Source: Octopus sinensis (taxonomy: Eukaryota). Taken from it: a stretch of 64,000 bases of DNA. Location of the stretch: assembly GCF_006345805.1 (NCBI RefSeq), contig NC_042998.1:174778001-174842000 (forward strand). Direction: 5' to 3'. Shown piece by piece: positions 51,511 to 63,490 of the stretch. Position 1 is the stretch's first letter, and every line of letters starts with the position of its first letter. The notes under the pieces were generated by a model, which was given only the letters and a program-made list of their open reading frames with translations, searched no databases and was not told the DNA's origin. Both the position numbers and the translations under genes were made by a program.

Positions 51511-52435
51511 TGTACCAAAAATTGGTTGGTCTTGTGTACCTGTTGGAACTCATTATTCCTAAGGCAGGGAGCTGGCAGAATCATCAGCACGCCGAACAAA
51601 ATGCTTAGCGGTATTTCGTCCATCTTTACGTTCTCAGTTCAAATTCTGCAGACTTAGCCTTTCATCCTTTCGGGGTTGATAAAATAAGTACCAGTTGAGG
51701 ACTCGGGTTGATGTAATCAACTTACTCTCAACCCTGAAATTGCTGGACTTGTGCCAAAAATTGAAGCCATTAAAATTATTCTTAGACCCCTGTCTGTTCG
51801 CAAAGGTAGTACAGGGGGTCTGTGAACTAAATTCAAAATTTCAAGAATAAGCATATTGAAAAGGGGCCGTGGGAAAACTCATTTAAATAAAAGGGGTCCT
51901 TGGTAGTGTAGACCAACATGGTTAAATAAAAATTTGCTTTAAGAGAAGCTGCTCTTTCAGGTTTTGCTATATAAGCCCATAAAAGGGCAAAAGTGATGTG
52001 AAGGGTGACAAACACAAAGGTTGCTCCAGCTGGCACCAACACACTCAAGCTACATCACTATGAATTCATAAAATTCAAGATTCCTTACTTTTTCTTAGTA
52101 CAGATACCCATGCCCCTCTACCACCACCACCACCTCTCATATTCTTATGCATTTGTACTACTCCTACCCCAACTGCCTTCAGTGCTAAAAGATTCATTAA
52201 CCTGCCTCCACCGGTATTTTGTTAAATTGCAGTGTTAGACTCATATCCCTTGAGGTATCTAATAAATATTCCCAAGTGTTTTCCTTTATATTTTATTTCT
52301 TTTTTCTTATTTCTCATTCCATTTATTTTAAACCTTTACGAACTCTTTCTCCCTAGCATGTACTTATCATAATTTATGCTGTGTGAAGATGTTATTTTGC
52401 TCCACCCACTATTAGTATTGTGACTTAGAATTATA

Positions 52436-52471
<36 letters not shown>

Positions 52472-52484
52472 TGTATGTATGTAT

Positions 52485-52517
<33 letters not shown>

Positions 52518-52665
52518 TATTAACACTACATTTCATCTATATGAACTATCATACCTTAGTAGGTTATAAAGGAATTCTACTACCTGTGTGACATAATTAG
52601 TTCTGAGGGTGTGGTCAGGTCATAGATTGTGTAGGTGTTGTGCTGCTCGAAAAAGTTTACTACCA

Positions 52666-52697
<32 letters not shown>

Positions 52698-52811
52698 TAG
52701 TAGTAGTAGCAGCAGCAGCAGTAGTGGTGGTGGTGGTGGTGATGGTGGTGGTGGTAGCAGAAAATTTAATGGAATAGAAAAGACGTGTGTTACTGAAGGT
52801 TCAAGATAGTG

Positions 52812-52843
<32 letters not shown>

Positions 52844-53332
52844 TGTGTGTGTGCACGTGTGCATTGTATACCAGACTAGCACGAGAGTGTAAAGTAACGT
52901 ATCAAAAAAGAAAAAAAAAACAAAAACAAAAAAAGACAATAAGATTAACTACTCGGAAACGTCTTCTGCATGAAAAATAATTGCTAAGTTAATGCTGCCA
53001 GATTTACTGTAATGGGCTTTAAATACCTAATTGGAAATAGCTAATGGGTTGAAGAAAAGATAACATTAAGTGAATGACATATTATTTTAATCATTTCAGC
53101 AAATATGAAAGACAATTCCCAGCATGTTTGGGTGTTATTAGACCTCTTCAATAATGCCTTAACATTAGAGTACAAGCCGAAATTATGAAGAGAAAATAAT
53201 TATGCAGGCATTAGAGTTTGGTTTGGTTATCGTTCACTGAGTCCACATGAAGTTGTATGACAAAAGACACAGATCAGGATTTGTCTGAGCCTTTTGCGCA
53301 TTACATCTTCATGTGATATTGCTTGTCCACAC

Positions 53333-53397
53333 TTGGTTTATCATGATCAAATTTCTCATAGACAGTTGGTTTATCATGATCAAATTTCTCATAGACA
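53333..53397. repeat. 33-bp-period tandem duplication
   Basis: TTGGTTTATCATGATCAAATTTCTCATAGACA, twice. Confidence 0.9.
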
Positions 53398-53981
53398 CAC
53401 CCTCAGTGAGGTCAACTGTATCATCTGAACCACATCATATCATTTGAATAAAGCAGCAACATAGCAACGCCTTCGTGACTAGAGCATGCTCTTTGCATAT
53501 TGTTACACGAATATACATGAAAAATTAGCATATTTCAAAAATTTAATCAGTGGGAAGAATCTGTATTTGGAGTCAATGTTAATATATGTTAATGTACATA
53601 TTATAGAAAGATTAAATATAAGATAGAACTTAGAACAATGATTACATTTTATTTACTATTTTGCACATTACTTAATCATTGTTATATATTTTATGTTATA
53701 TTTAATCTTTCTATGATATGTAGATTTTCTAAATGGTATAATTTAATTTTTCCTTATTGAATTGATAAAAGGTGGGGTTTTTTTTCTAATTTATATATAT
53801 ATTTTATATTTTGTGAAATTTGATTTAGTATTTCTAAATTGAATTTTTCCCTGTAAGTTTGGAATAATATTCCCTCATATTATTATACACACACACACAC
53901 ACATAGACACAGACACACAGACACACACATACGTATATACATGCATATATATAGATACATATACACACACACACACATACA

Positions 53982-54272
53982 CAGTGGCGGACTGGCCAGG
54001 TTGCCAGCTGGCTCGATGGCAAGTGGGTCCCTGCACCATTAGAATTCATATACGGGGGCCATGTTAGTATCTAAGGAGCCCATCCACTCAAGTTTGAGAA
54101 TTTTTTATTCACTCCTGGAAGAATACATTAATTATTTCAGCCTGGCTGTGTTTGTAGACAGTTGAAAAGAATACTTTTAACAAAAAGAAAAAATTAAAGG
54201 ATAGCATTGTAGTTGTGGGTGGGTCCCCTTAGTCTCCTGGCAACCAATATTTTTAGACTTAGTCCACCACTG
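53982..54272. mobile_element. hAT-type MITE
   Basis: TIRs CAGTGGCGGACT / AGTCCACCACTG (11 of 12 match); the 8-bp flanks match at only 5 of 8 positions. Confidence 0.65.
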
Positions 54273-55326
54273 TATATACCCATATATATATGAATTCATG
54301 CACACATTATTTGTGTGTGTATGATGGGCTTCTACACAGTTTCCATCTACCAACTTCACTCACAAGGCATTGATTGGTCCGGGGCTATAATAGAAGACAC
54401 TTACCCAAAGTGTCGCACAGTGAGACCGAATCCGAAACTGCAACTGGTTGCAGAGCCATGGTTGTACGGTCGAAAACTATAAAACATATGAAGCAAGTAT
54501 CAGGCATATGGTATCATACAATAAAGTAACCTGAACAGTAAAATCTGAAAAAAATGCAATGATTATGGAAGAATGAGCTTAGAATTGGTTGTTGGCTATA
54601 CAACATAAATCTGAGAAACAGACAATATGCAAATAAACAGCATACATTAATCCAGATTCCAACAATAGATAAATTGTAAGAGTAAGGGTTCCTATCTAAC
54701 TATAGTTGCTTGTATATAGCATATATTATTGCATTCATGAATACAATTTGTAGGTGTATCAGCTTATTACAAACTACTGCCTGTAACAAGCCCACATGTC
54801 TACAAATAGCTGGCAATTCTCTTGATTAGTTAGAATGCCACTATCCAGCACCTTTTTTTGCTCTGACTCTCATGCTAGCACTAAGCAGATGATTGAAAGT
54901 TCAAGCCTTTCTCTGCGAAATTAAATTTCATGGTTATTTCAGTAATGATTTTAAATGTCTATCAAATATAGAATTGGTATTTTCTGCAAGTCACGTTGTC
55001 TCAAAAACTTGACATATCTCAACAGAAAATAGCTTCAATCCTGACATTCCGCAACATAAAATAGATTGGTATATAAAAATAATTATTGAAATTTTTAGTG
55101 GATATACCTACTTTCCAAAGTAAAAGGATTAAAAGTGACATTTAATACTTTATGTGCAATTATATATCTACTTTCTTTCAGCATCATGTATTGTAAGGCC
55201 TTCAATAAAACCTATTTGAAAGAGACTGCTGTTGTCCAATAAGATTCGTCGTCTGACTATTTCCCACCTAATTTCGGCTTTTTGTGCATATTCCCAACTT
55301 TCAGCAACAAACTGGTTCACAATATA

Positions 55327-56453
55327 CAGGGTGTGTCAAAAGTCATCATATATTTTGAGAAATAATCGGAATTATGAAACACTGATTTGAATTTAAATAA
55401 CATGTTTATTTCAAAATATATGCTGCAAAGAATTAATGCTCCACATGGTGACCATCAGTGTCTCTACAGAGCTTAAAGCAATAAATTGCTTCTTAGAACA
55501 CAATTTCCAGCATTTGAAGTGTTACATTTTGAACTGCATCAATAAGATTTCGAAGCACTGCTGCATCTCTAATTCTTCTACACCATAGACTTAATGAACC
55601 CCCAAGCGAAAAACTTCTAATGGTGTTAAATTGGGTGAGGGTGTTGCCCATAGTTGCGTTCCCTCACGACCAATCCAATAACGAGGGAAGCATCTGTCAA
55701 GATAATTACGTGCGATCTTTGCGTAATGGCACAGTGCTCCATCCTGTTGAAAAACTAGTTTCAAGAATGCCACCTGTGAGAAGTTGAGGTTTGAAGAATT
55801 GTCCAAGCATATCAATATACACAGTTTTTGTCGCCCATCATCTCTGCGAAAAATAAAGTCCTTTGACTTTCTCATTCTGAGCCAGACATTCACATTCAGT
55901 GTGTCTCGTCCCCATTCAAGAAGTTCGGTTGGTTTCACACTTTCCCAAATGTAACTGTTATGATGATTAACCTTTCCACGTGTGTGGAAGGCCGCTTCAT
56001 CACTGAACAGAATTTTGTTGATTAAATCAGCACTTTCAATTTATTGCTGATCTGCATGGATAATCTGTTTCGTGTAAGTTGTGTAAAACCTTTGTGTTCA
56101 GATTACTTCGCAGGATTCCATGGATTAATGCATAGGGAAATTCTAATATGTTAGCTATCCTATGAATCAATAATTGCAGATCCTGTTCAAATGCTTCTCG
56201 AACCAATTCAATTCTTCGTGTTTCAAGCCGTTTATCTTCCATGTTACCACAAACACCTGCTCTTTCACGTACATCATCAGTTACTTGGGTCTGAAAAATA
56301 ACAATAAAAACTAGACAAATATTAAAATAAATCAATTAACATTTTGTATGAACACAAATTTGCACTACTGATGCCTATCCTTATGATAGCATAGTATAAT
56401 TTTTTTAAAAATCAAGTGTCACTAAAATAGACAGTGACTTTTGAGACACCCTG
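55327..56453 (-). mobile_element. Tc1/mariner-superfamily (DD37D/maT-like) transposon, internally degraded
   Basis: TIRs CAGGGTGTGTCAAAAGTCA / TGACTTTTGAGACACCCTG with TA TSDs. Transposase remnant FQQDGALCHYAKIARNYLDRCFPRYWIGREGTQLWATPSPNLTPL resembles the QQDGAPPH...WIGR...WPPRSPDLTPLD motif. Confidence 0.88.
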
Positions 56454-57242
56454 TATAAATGCTTAACAATGAATTCAAATGTCTTAGTATTAAAACTACT
56501 GCCTTCAGTGAAACTAGCCGTCCCCAAAATAGTTGTCTACGTGAAGTCAGTTTTAAAATATTTTGAAGAGACTATTATGACAGTGTGAAACTTAAATATA
56601 GACTAAATGTGCAGGTTGGAATGGTTTGCTACACACCACCTATTTTTGTTTTTTCATATTTTGGACTGTTTACATTGGACTCCATAGGTGGGTTTTGTCA
56701 CTCTTGTCATCCTGTATTTTCTGACCTCATTCTCTTCTGCCGAGATGAAGCATAACCTCTATTAACATCTTGACACATTATGTAAGATTTGGCAAAGTGA
56801 CAACATTTGTATTTTTAAGTCCTTCTGTGCTGGAATATTGTTAGTTTGTCGTTCATTGAGCTAGCATGGAGTTAGATAACAGATTGGGATCTATTTGCGT
56901 CTTTTGCATATTACCTCTTCTATATTGCTTGTCCATGCTTCACTGGTCTGCTATGATCGAATTTCTCATCGACACACCTTTAGGGAGGTCAATTGCAGTG
57001 TCTGAATCATATCAATTAAAGAGGGTAGTGATCTAACTATGTCTCAGCGTCTAAAGCAGTGCTACTTAAAGTGGTAGTCCGCAGACCAGTGCCAGTTCGC
57101 GAGCCATCAGTTGCCAGTACACGGCAAGTTTCCAGAAAAGAAAGAAACATTATAAAATGCTTATAAAATGCTTGTGTATTATTGTATTATTTGTTTACAA
57201 AATAAATATAAGATAAAAAAATTGTCAACTTCTATTATATTC

Positions 57243-57295
<53 letters not shown>

Positions 57296-57314
57296 TCCAG
57301 TATAAATTAATATT

Positions 57315-57528
57315 CTTTTCTACTCAAGGCACAAGGCCTGAAATTTTGGGGGAGAGGGCCAGTCAATTAGATCGACCTCAGTACGCAACTGGTACTTGAT
57401 TTATCAACCCTGAAAGGATGAAAGGCAAAGTTGACCTCGACTGAATTTGAACTCAGAACATAAAGACAGACGAAATACCGCTAAGCATTTCACCTGGTAT
57501 GCTAACGTTTCTGCCAGCTCACCACCTT
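57315..57528 (-). mobile_element. SINE family B
   Basis: B-family pattern. Confidence 0.85.
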
Positions 57529-57819
57529 TAGTATAAGTATAAATTAATGTTACTAAGAAATATTACTGGTCCCTGGCACATTGGGGAAAAAAAACTGCCA
57601 GTACACCACATCAGATAGTATGAGAAGCACTTGTCTAAACCATGATCTTTGCATATTGCAACACAAAACACATTTTTATACATTAAGAGGTGAAAATTTG
57701 AAAAGCATTTCACATGACTCATCAATAAACCAACACCATATCTGCAGCCACAAAAACTGTAAATCTATGTAGATCGAAGGAGGTTGATGAATTTGATCGT
57801 AGGTGCAGCAGGTGTAGGA

Positions 57820-58040
57820 GTGGCTGTGTCGTAAATAGCTTGTGTTTGTCCCCTCAACATCACTTGTCAACTGTTGCTGGTGTGTTTACATCCCCGTAAC
57901 TTAGTGGTTCGGCAAAAAAGACCGATAGATTAAGTACTAGGCTTACAAAGAATAAGTTCTGGGGTCGATTTGCTCGACTAAAGGCGGTGCTCCAGCATGG
58001 CCACAGTCAAATGATTGAAACAAGTAAAAGAGTAAAAGAG
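57820..58040 (+). mobile_element. SINE family A with an internal deletion
   Basis: Head joined directly to the 3' half. Confidence 0.8.
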
Positions 58041-58873
58041 TAAAGAATATATAGAACTTTTGACAACTTTGTTGGGTTTTTTAAAGCTAAACCCTTTTCA
58101 AAATTCATCTTAAATGTAACCGGTGGTTTTATTTCTCATCAGTGTTCTTAAAGTCAGTTGTCTCACATCTCCACTCACATCATTCTCATGATTACATTTT
58201 GATATCTTGACTTTGTTCAGTAAGAAATTATCTACGAACTTTTAATTAAGCATAGCTACAGAACCAGTCGACAGTCATTAACAATTACATAATCTGGACT
58301 TGTCTACACCTTACTAAGTAAACTAAATACATATGAATACCTTATATAATGTACAAATACTTATTCTTTCTATATTTACATACTTTGATCAAAATCTGTT
58401 GGATCTGACAGCCTTTAGCATAATTCAACTGTTTTCTTTAATGGACATGATTCTTGTCTTAATTCTATATGGCACCAACCCCTTTTCATATCTTTAAGAA
58501 TCCATTCATGATTAACAAAATAAACGCTAAACGTACAAAAATGGGACCAGAAAGTAGTGAAACAACATTTGAGAAAAATGAATGAAAGAAAATATATAAA
58601 AGACCCAGGATGGCTTAGAGAAACGATAAAGATCAAGAGAATTGCAAAAGCATGTATAGAAATGAAAGGAGGGGAGAGAGGGAGAGGGAGAGAGAGGGAG
58701 AGGTTGAGAGAGTGAGAGGGAGAGAGAGGAAGAGGGAGAGAGAGAAAGTGAGGAAGAGATTGAGAGAGAAAGAGACAGACAGAGACAGAGAGTATGTGTA
58801 TATGTATGCTAAAATGTTTTGCCCTCAAATGATGTTCTTACCAGAGATAGTGGAAACATGGAAAAATGATCTT

Positions 58874-59302
58874 GGATCTTTTCAATTTGAATGGCATTTT
58901 TTTCTAGCAGTGTCATATGAAATTGTCACCCATAATTATGATCCTAGTATCGATCTATTGCATTTCAATCTGTTTTAGGGTTAGGGTTAGTTAGGGTTAG
59001 GGGAGGGGGAAGGGTATCTTTTTTTCTTCAGAAATGTAAATAAACCCAATCTGTTTCTTAAACGAGGGACATATTCATACGGCACAGAATGTTTTCACCT
59101 CAATAGACGTCATTGATTGGTTGAAACTGCAGAAATTGAAGAAAAAAAAACCCAACAAATATCTTACAAACTATAGAATTTTCTCAATAAAGCCAAGAGA
59201 AAAAGATGTTTTATAAACACATTCTACCAGTATACGAAGTTTAAAAGTGTTTAGTTATGTGGAAACTATTTTAAAAATCTGCCATTCAAACCGAAAAGAT
59301 CC
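58874..59302. mobile_element. MITE with GG...CC termini and a perfect 8-bp TSD
   Basis: TIRs GGATCTTTTCAATTTGAATGGCA / TGCCATTCAAACCGAAAAGATCC; TSD ATGATCTT at 58866-58873 and 59303-59310. Confidence 0.85.
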
Positions 59303-59399
59303 ATGATCTTTCTTGGATTTGTCAATTGGAATGAATACCCGTTGCTTGTATTACTTCTTAATCGTGGTATCTCATTTTCCCGAGGAGTTCAACAACTGA

Positions 59400-59646
59400 A
59401 GGTATCGGAGTATATAAAACTGTCAGTTTATATTTATAGTTGTATTATTCTGCCTTAAGTCCCAAATATGCTTTGATAAAGTTGTTGTATTTTTCTGCAA
59501 ATATTGTGTGACACATATGTATATTGTATCTGCTTTTAAGAGTTCTCTTTATTGCACGGGTGAAGATTTTGTTGATTTGTCTCTCTTAGTAATGTTGTCT
59601 AGTTGATTATTTCCAGTAGATAAGGAAAGCGAATGAACTGCTGATC
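59400..59646 (-). mobile_element. Penelope-like GIY-YIG endonuclease fragment
   Basis: KNTTTLSKHIWDLRQNN..INI.* resembles the PLE motif ST.LSK(H/Y)IW.LK....Y.I.W. Confidence 0.6.
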
Positions 59647-59656
59647 TATCTATCTG

Positions 59657-59728
<72 letters not shown>

Positions 59729-59731
59729 TAT

Positions 59732-59784
<53 letters not shown>

Positions 59785-59928
59785 CAGATAGATAGATCAG
59801 CAGTTCATTCGCTTTCCTTATCTACTGGAAACAATCAACTAGACAACATTACTAAGAGAGACAAATCAACAAAATCTTCACCCGTGCAATAAAGAGAACT
59901 CTTAAAAGCAGATACAATATACATATGT
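59513..59928. repeat. Long inverted repeat centred on (TCTA)n(TA)n(TAGA)n
   Basis: Arms 59513-59646 and 59795-59928 (134 bp, one mismatch seen). Confidence 0.95.
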
Positions 59929-60829
59929 ATATACATATGTATACATATCATCATCATCATCATCGTTTAACGTCCGTTTTCCGCGCTAGCACGGGTTGGA
60001 CGGTTTGACCGGGGTCTGGGGAGCCAGGGGCTGTCCCAGGCTCCAGTCTGATCTGGCAGTGTTTCTACAGCTGGATGCCCTTCCTAACGCCAACCACTCC
60101 GCGAGTGTAGTGGGTGCTTTTTACGTGCCACCTGCACAGGTGCCAGAGGGGTCTGGCATCGGCCACGATCGGTTATTGCCTTTTTTCGTTGCATTGCGGC
60201 AGGGGGGAGTGTTCCGGCAGAGAGAAGAGAGGGAGAGAGAGTGGGGGGGGGTGCATGTAATATAGGGGAGCACCAGTGGGGAAAGTTTGGGGTAAAGAGA
60301 AACGATGACAGGTAGGGTTGGTGGCAGGTTCTAGACAGAATGAAAAGTAGGAAGTAAAACGTAGGATATCACAAGTGGGGGAGGGGGCTGGAAGGAGATA
60401 GCCGGTTGAGGCAGTGACACATTTCAAAACAGGAGGAACATAAGATAACAGGTTAAGTGGGACGTTTGATGAGCTGCGGCGCTAGCTGCTTCTGTCCAGG
60501 GGGAGAGAGGCAGGGGTAAATAATATATATATATATATCTGTCTGTCTGACTGTCTGCCTACCTGCCTGCCTGTCTGTCTGTCTGTACGCTTGTTTGTCT
60601 GTCTGAACAAACATTAAAAGTTACCCACCGACCTCAAACTGATCTTCTATTTTTATTTGCTTCCATATACGAGTGTCAGTCAATGGAACTGCATTGCAAT
60701 AAAGACAACGCAGAGATTTTTTTTTTTTTTTACTGTTTAGATAGTTTTGATGGTCAGTAGTCTCTATTGCAAATCTCAGACAATCTAGTAAAAAGATTTG
60801 TTTCCAATGCAGAAAACTAATCCAATATT

Positions 60830-61045
60830 ACTCTTTTACTTGTTTCAGTCATTTGAATGTGGCCATGCTGGAGCACAGCCTTTAGTCGAGCAAATCGATC
60901 CCAGAACTTATTCTTTGGAAGCCTAGTACTTATTCTATCAGTCTCTTTTGCTGAACCGCTAAGTTACGGGGAGGTAAACACACCAGCAACGGTTGTCAAG
61001 TGATGTTGGGGGTACAAACACAGACACACAAACATATACACACAC

Positions 61046-61086
<41 letters not shown>

Positions 61087-61255
61087 TACAACGGGCTTCT
61101 TTCCGTTTCTGTCTACCAAATCCACTCAAAAGGTTTTGGTCATCCTGAGGCTACAGTAAAAGACACATGCCCAAAGTGCCACACAGTGGGACTGAACCTG
61201 GAACCATGTGGTTGGTAAGCAAGCTACCTACCACACAGCCACTCCTGCACCTATA
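60830..61255 (-). mobile_element. SINE family A, full length
   Basis: A-family pattern. Confidence 0.9.
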
Positions 61256-61278
61256 TGTTTATTATTATTATTATTATT

Positions 61279-62067
61279 CAGTAGTTTTATTTTTATAGTG
61301 TGTTTTCACTTCATTACCGAGCGCAGCTCTGTGTGCCTTGGGTATGTGCTGTGGCTTGCTGTAATGCTCTGATGGTTACTGTATTGAAAGTGTTTTGTGT
61401 AGGATGTGTGCAGTGCCCAGTAGTGCAATTTTCTGTGTTATATATATTTGTAAGTCATGGTATTGTTGTTATGTATTTGTCTGAATATTTTTGTGATTGG
61501 AATTGTTTCTGTTTTTAGACTCCACATTCAAGTTACCTCTATTTCCAGGTGTTTGTATTTTGAAAGTTTCTCCATTTCTATTAGAGAAACATTGTCATCT
61601 GCTGGTATTGATACATCAATTAGAAAGCATTTTTTTTCTTCATGATCTCTGACAACTATATCTGTGTGCATTGGCGTATCCCAGAGTATGGTTGGTTTCT
61701 CATTTTCTGTGACCTTTTCTAGTGTGTGCCTATACCATCTTTTTTCTGTTGTTATTCCATAGTCTTGGCATAGCTTCCATAGTGTTGGCATATGTAGGTC
61801 CCAACTCTGTCGTGTCTGTGAATATATTCCTTCTTAGCCAGGACTGGGCAACCAGAGACAATATGATTTATTGTTTCTTGTCCATCTCCACATATTCTAC
61901 AGTTACTTGTTATGTTTCTTTTCATTATATGTTTTTGGTAATTTCTGGTTTGGAGACTTTGGTCTTGTGCTGCAATTAAAAATCCTTCAGTCTCTGCTTT
62001 GAGTCCTGAGCTTCTCAACCATTGTTGGGATTTTTCTCTGTCTATTTCTTATGCATTTAGTTTTTGC
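61279..62067 (-). mobile_element. R4/Dong-like non-LTR retrotransposon 3' fragment within (TAA)n
   Basis: LKAETEGFLIAAQDQSL, the CCHC motif CRICGDGQETINHIVSGC, RHDRV, ILWD...IDVSIP...EK..KY..L, and KIALLGTAHIL. Flanked by (TTA)n on both sides. Confidence 0.88.
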
Positions 62068-62092
62068 ATTTATTATTATTATTATTATTATT

Positions 62093-62649
62093 GAGTGAGA
62101 GAGCAGTTCATGCCATCAAAGTGACACTGGGGTAAAATATACGAAGCCCAATATACCCATCATGACTACCTGTCTGATAAGGGCACACCAGGCACATGCA
62201 TCACAACCATATGTGTGCGACATGGTGATCTCATATCAAAATAAACTGCACATGACCTTGCAGGTGGGGCCCAGTTAGAATTTTCTTCAGGTTGAGTAGC
62301 CCATCCCGCTCAAACGGTCCCTGAATAAGGGTTGTTTAAGGATGTTGAAAAAAACCACCCATGTCTCCAGAGGTGAATTATTCAAACTCCAAAGAATCCC
62401 TCTCAACACATGGCTATGATGCTCCCCCACTACTTCTGCTCGTGATCAGAGATGCACATATCGTCAGCCACTAAGGGACATGCTCAACTGGTTAAGGTCA
62501 AACAACTGACAAGCAAATCTGTGGTATTGAGCAGAATATTTGCTGTAGCCCATCTTTTATACCAAGACAAAACAATGTACATGATAACGCTTCCAATCAG
62601 TTAAGATCAGAAGCCATGAGAGCCACTGCCTGGTACTGCATCAGGGCAT
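62093..62649. mobile_element. Unclassified non-coding element embedded in (TAA)n
   Basis: Complex sequence with sharp boundaries against (TTA)n tracts on both sides; no long ORF, TIR or tRNA-like head seen. Confidence 0.5.
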
Positions 62650-62662
62650 TTATTTTTTATTA

Positions 62663-62712
<50 letters not shown>

Positions 62713-62768
62713 CATTATTATTATTATCACTATTATTATTGTTGTTATTATTGTTATCATTATTATTG
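62650..62768. repeat. (TTA)n microsatellite
   Basis: Seen directly. Confidence 0.95.
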
Positions 62769-63037
62769 TTTGGAAAGCGATAAGCTGGCAGAACAGATAG
62801 CACACAAGACGATATGCATAGCGGCATTTCATGCTTCTTCAGGTTCTGAGTTCAAATTCCACCAAGGTTGACTTTGCCTTTCATCCTTTTGGGATTGATT
62901 AAATAAATACCAGCTACACATTGGGGTCAATGTAATCGACTTAATCCCTTCCCTTAAGTTGCCCTTGTGGCAAAGATTTGAAGTCATCATTATTATTATC
63001 ATTATTATTATTATTATTATATTATTATTATTATTGA

Positions 63038-63490
63038 AGCAGTGAACTAGCAGATTCATTAGCACGCTGGATGAAATGCTTAGCAGTATTTCGCCCGTTG
63101 CTGCCTTCTGGGTTCAAATTCCGCTATAGTTGGCTTTGCCTTTCATCCTTTCAGGGTCGATAAATTACCAGTCAGGTACTAATGTCAATAAGGGCGGCGA
63201 GCTGGCAGAAACGTTAGCATGCCAGTTGAAATGCATAGTCGTATTTCGTCTGCCGTTACGTTCTGAGTTCAAATTCCGCCGAGGTTGACTTTGCCTTTCA
63301 TCCTTTCGGGGTCGATAAATTAAGTACCAGTTACGCACTGGGGTCGATGTAATCGACTTAATACATTTGTCTGTCCTTGTTTGTCCCCTCTGTGTTTAGT
63401 CCCTTGTGGGCAGTAAAGAAATAGGTATTAATGTCGATGTGACCGACTATCCACCTCCCCACAAATTCCAGGCCTTGTGCCTATAATAGA
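63038..63490 (+). mobile_element. Older SINE B with a younger SINE B nested inside (about 63193-63427)
   Basis: Imperfect TSD GTA(C/T)TAATGTC(A/G)AT flanks the inner copy. Confidence 0.8.

Larger units (their letters stand above)
50096..51788 (+). repeat. 278-bp direct repeats
   Basis: 50096-50373 and 51511-51788, with scattered substitutions. Confidence 0.92.

Noticed and set aside
58842-58903. Minus-strand exon candidate with a GTAAG donor
   Set aside because: It straddles the left TIR/TSD of the 58874-59302 MITE, so its acceptor is TE-derived.
58974-59008. Telomere or telomere-fusion site
   Set aside because: Only a few TTAGGG units, lying inside a MITE bounded by a TSD.
62575-62650. 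HDV-like ribozyme at the minus-strand start of the 557-bp element
   Set aside because: A P4-like hairpin is present, but I could not build P1, P3/L3 or P2, so it is not called.
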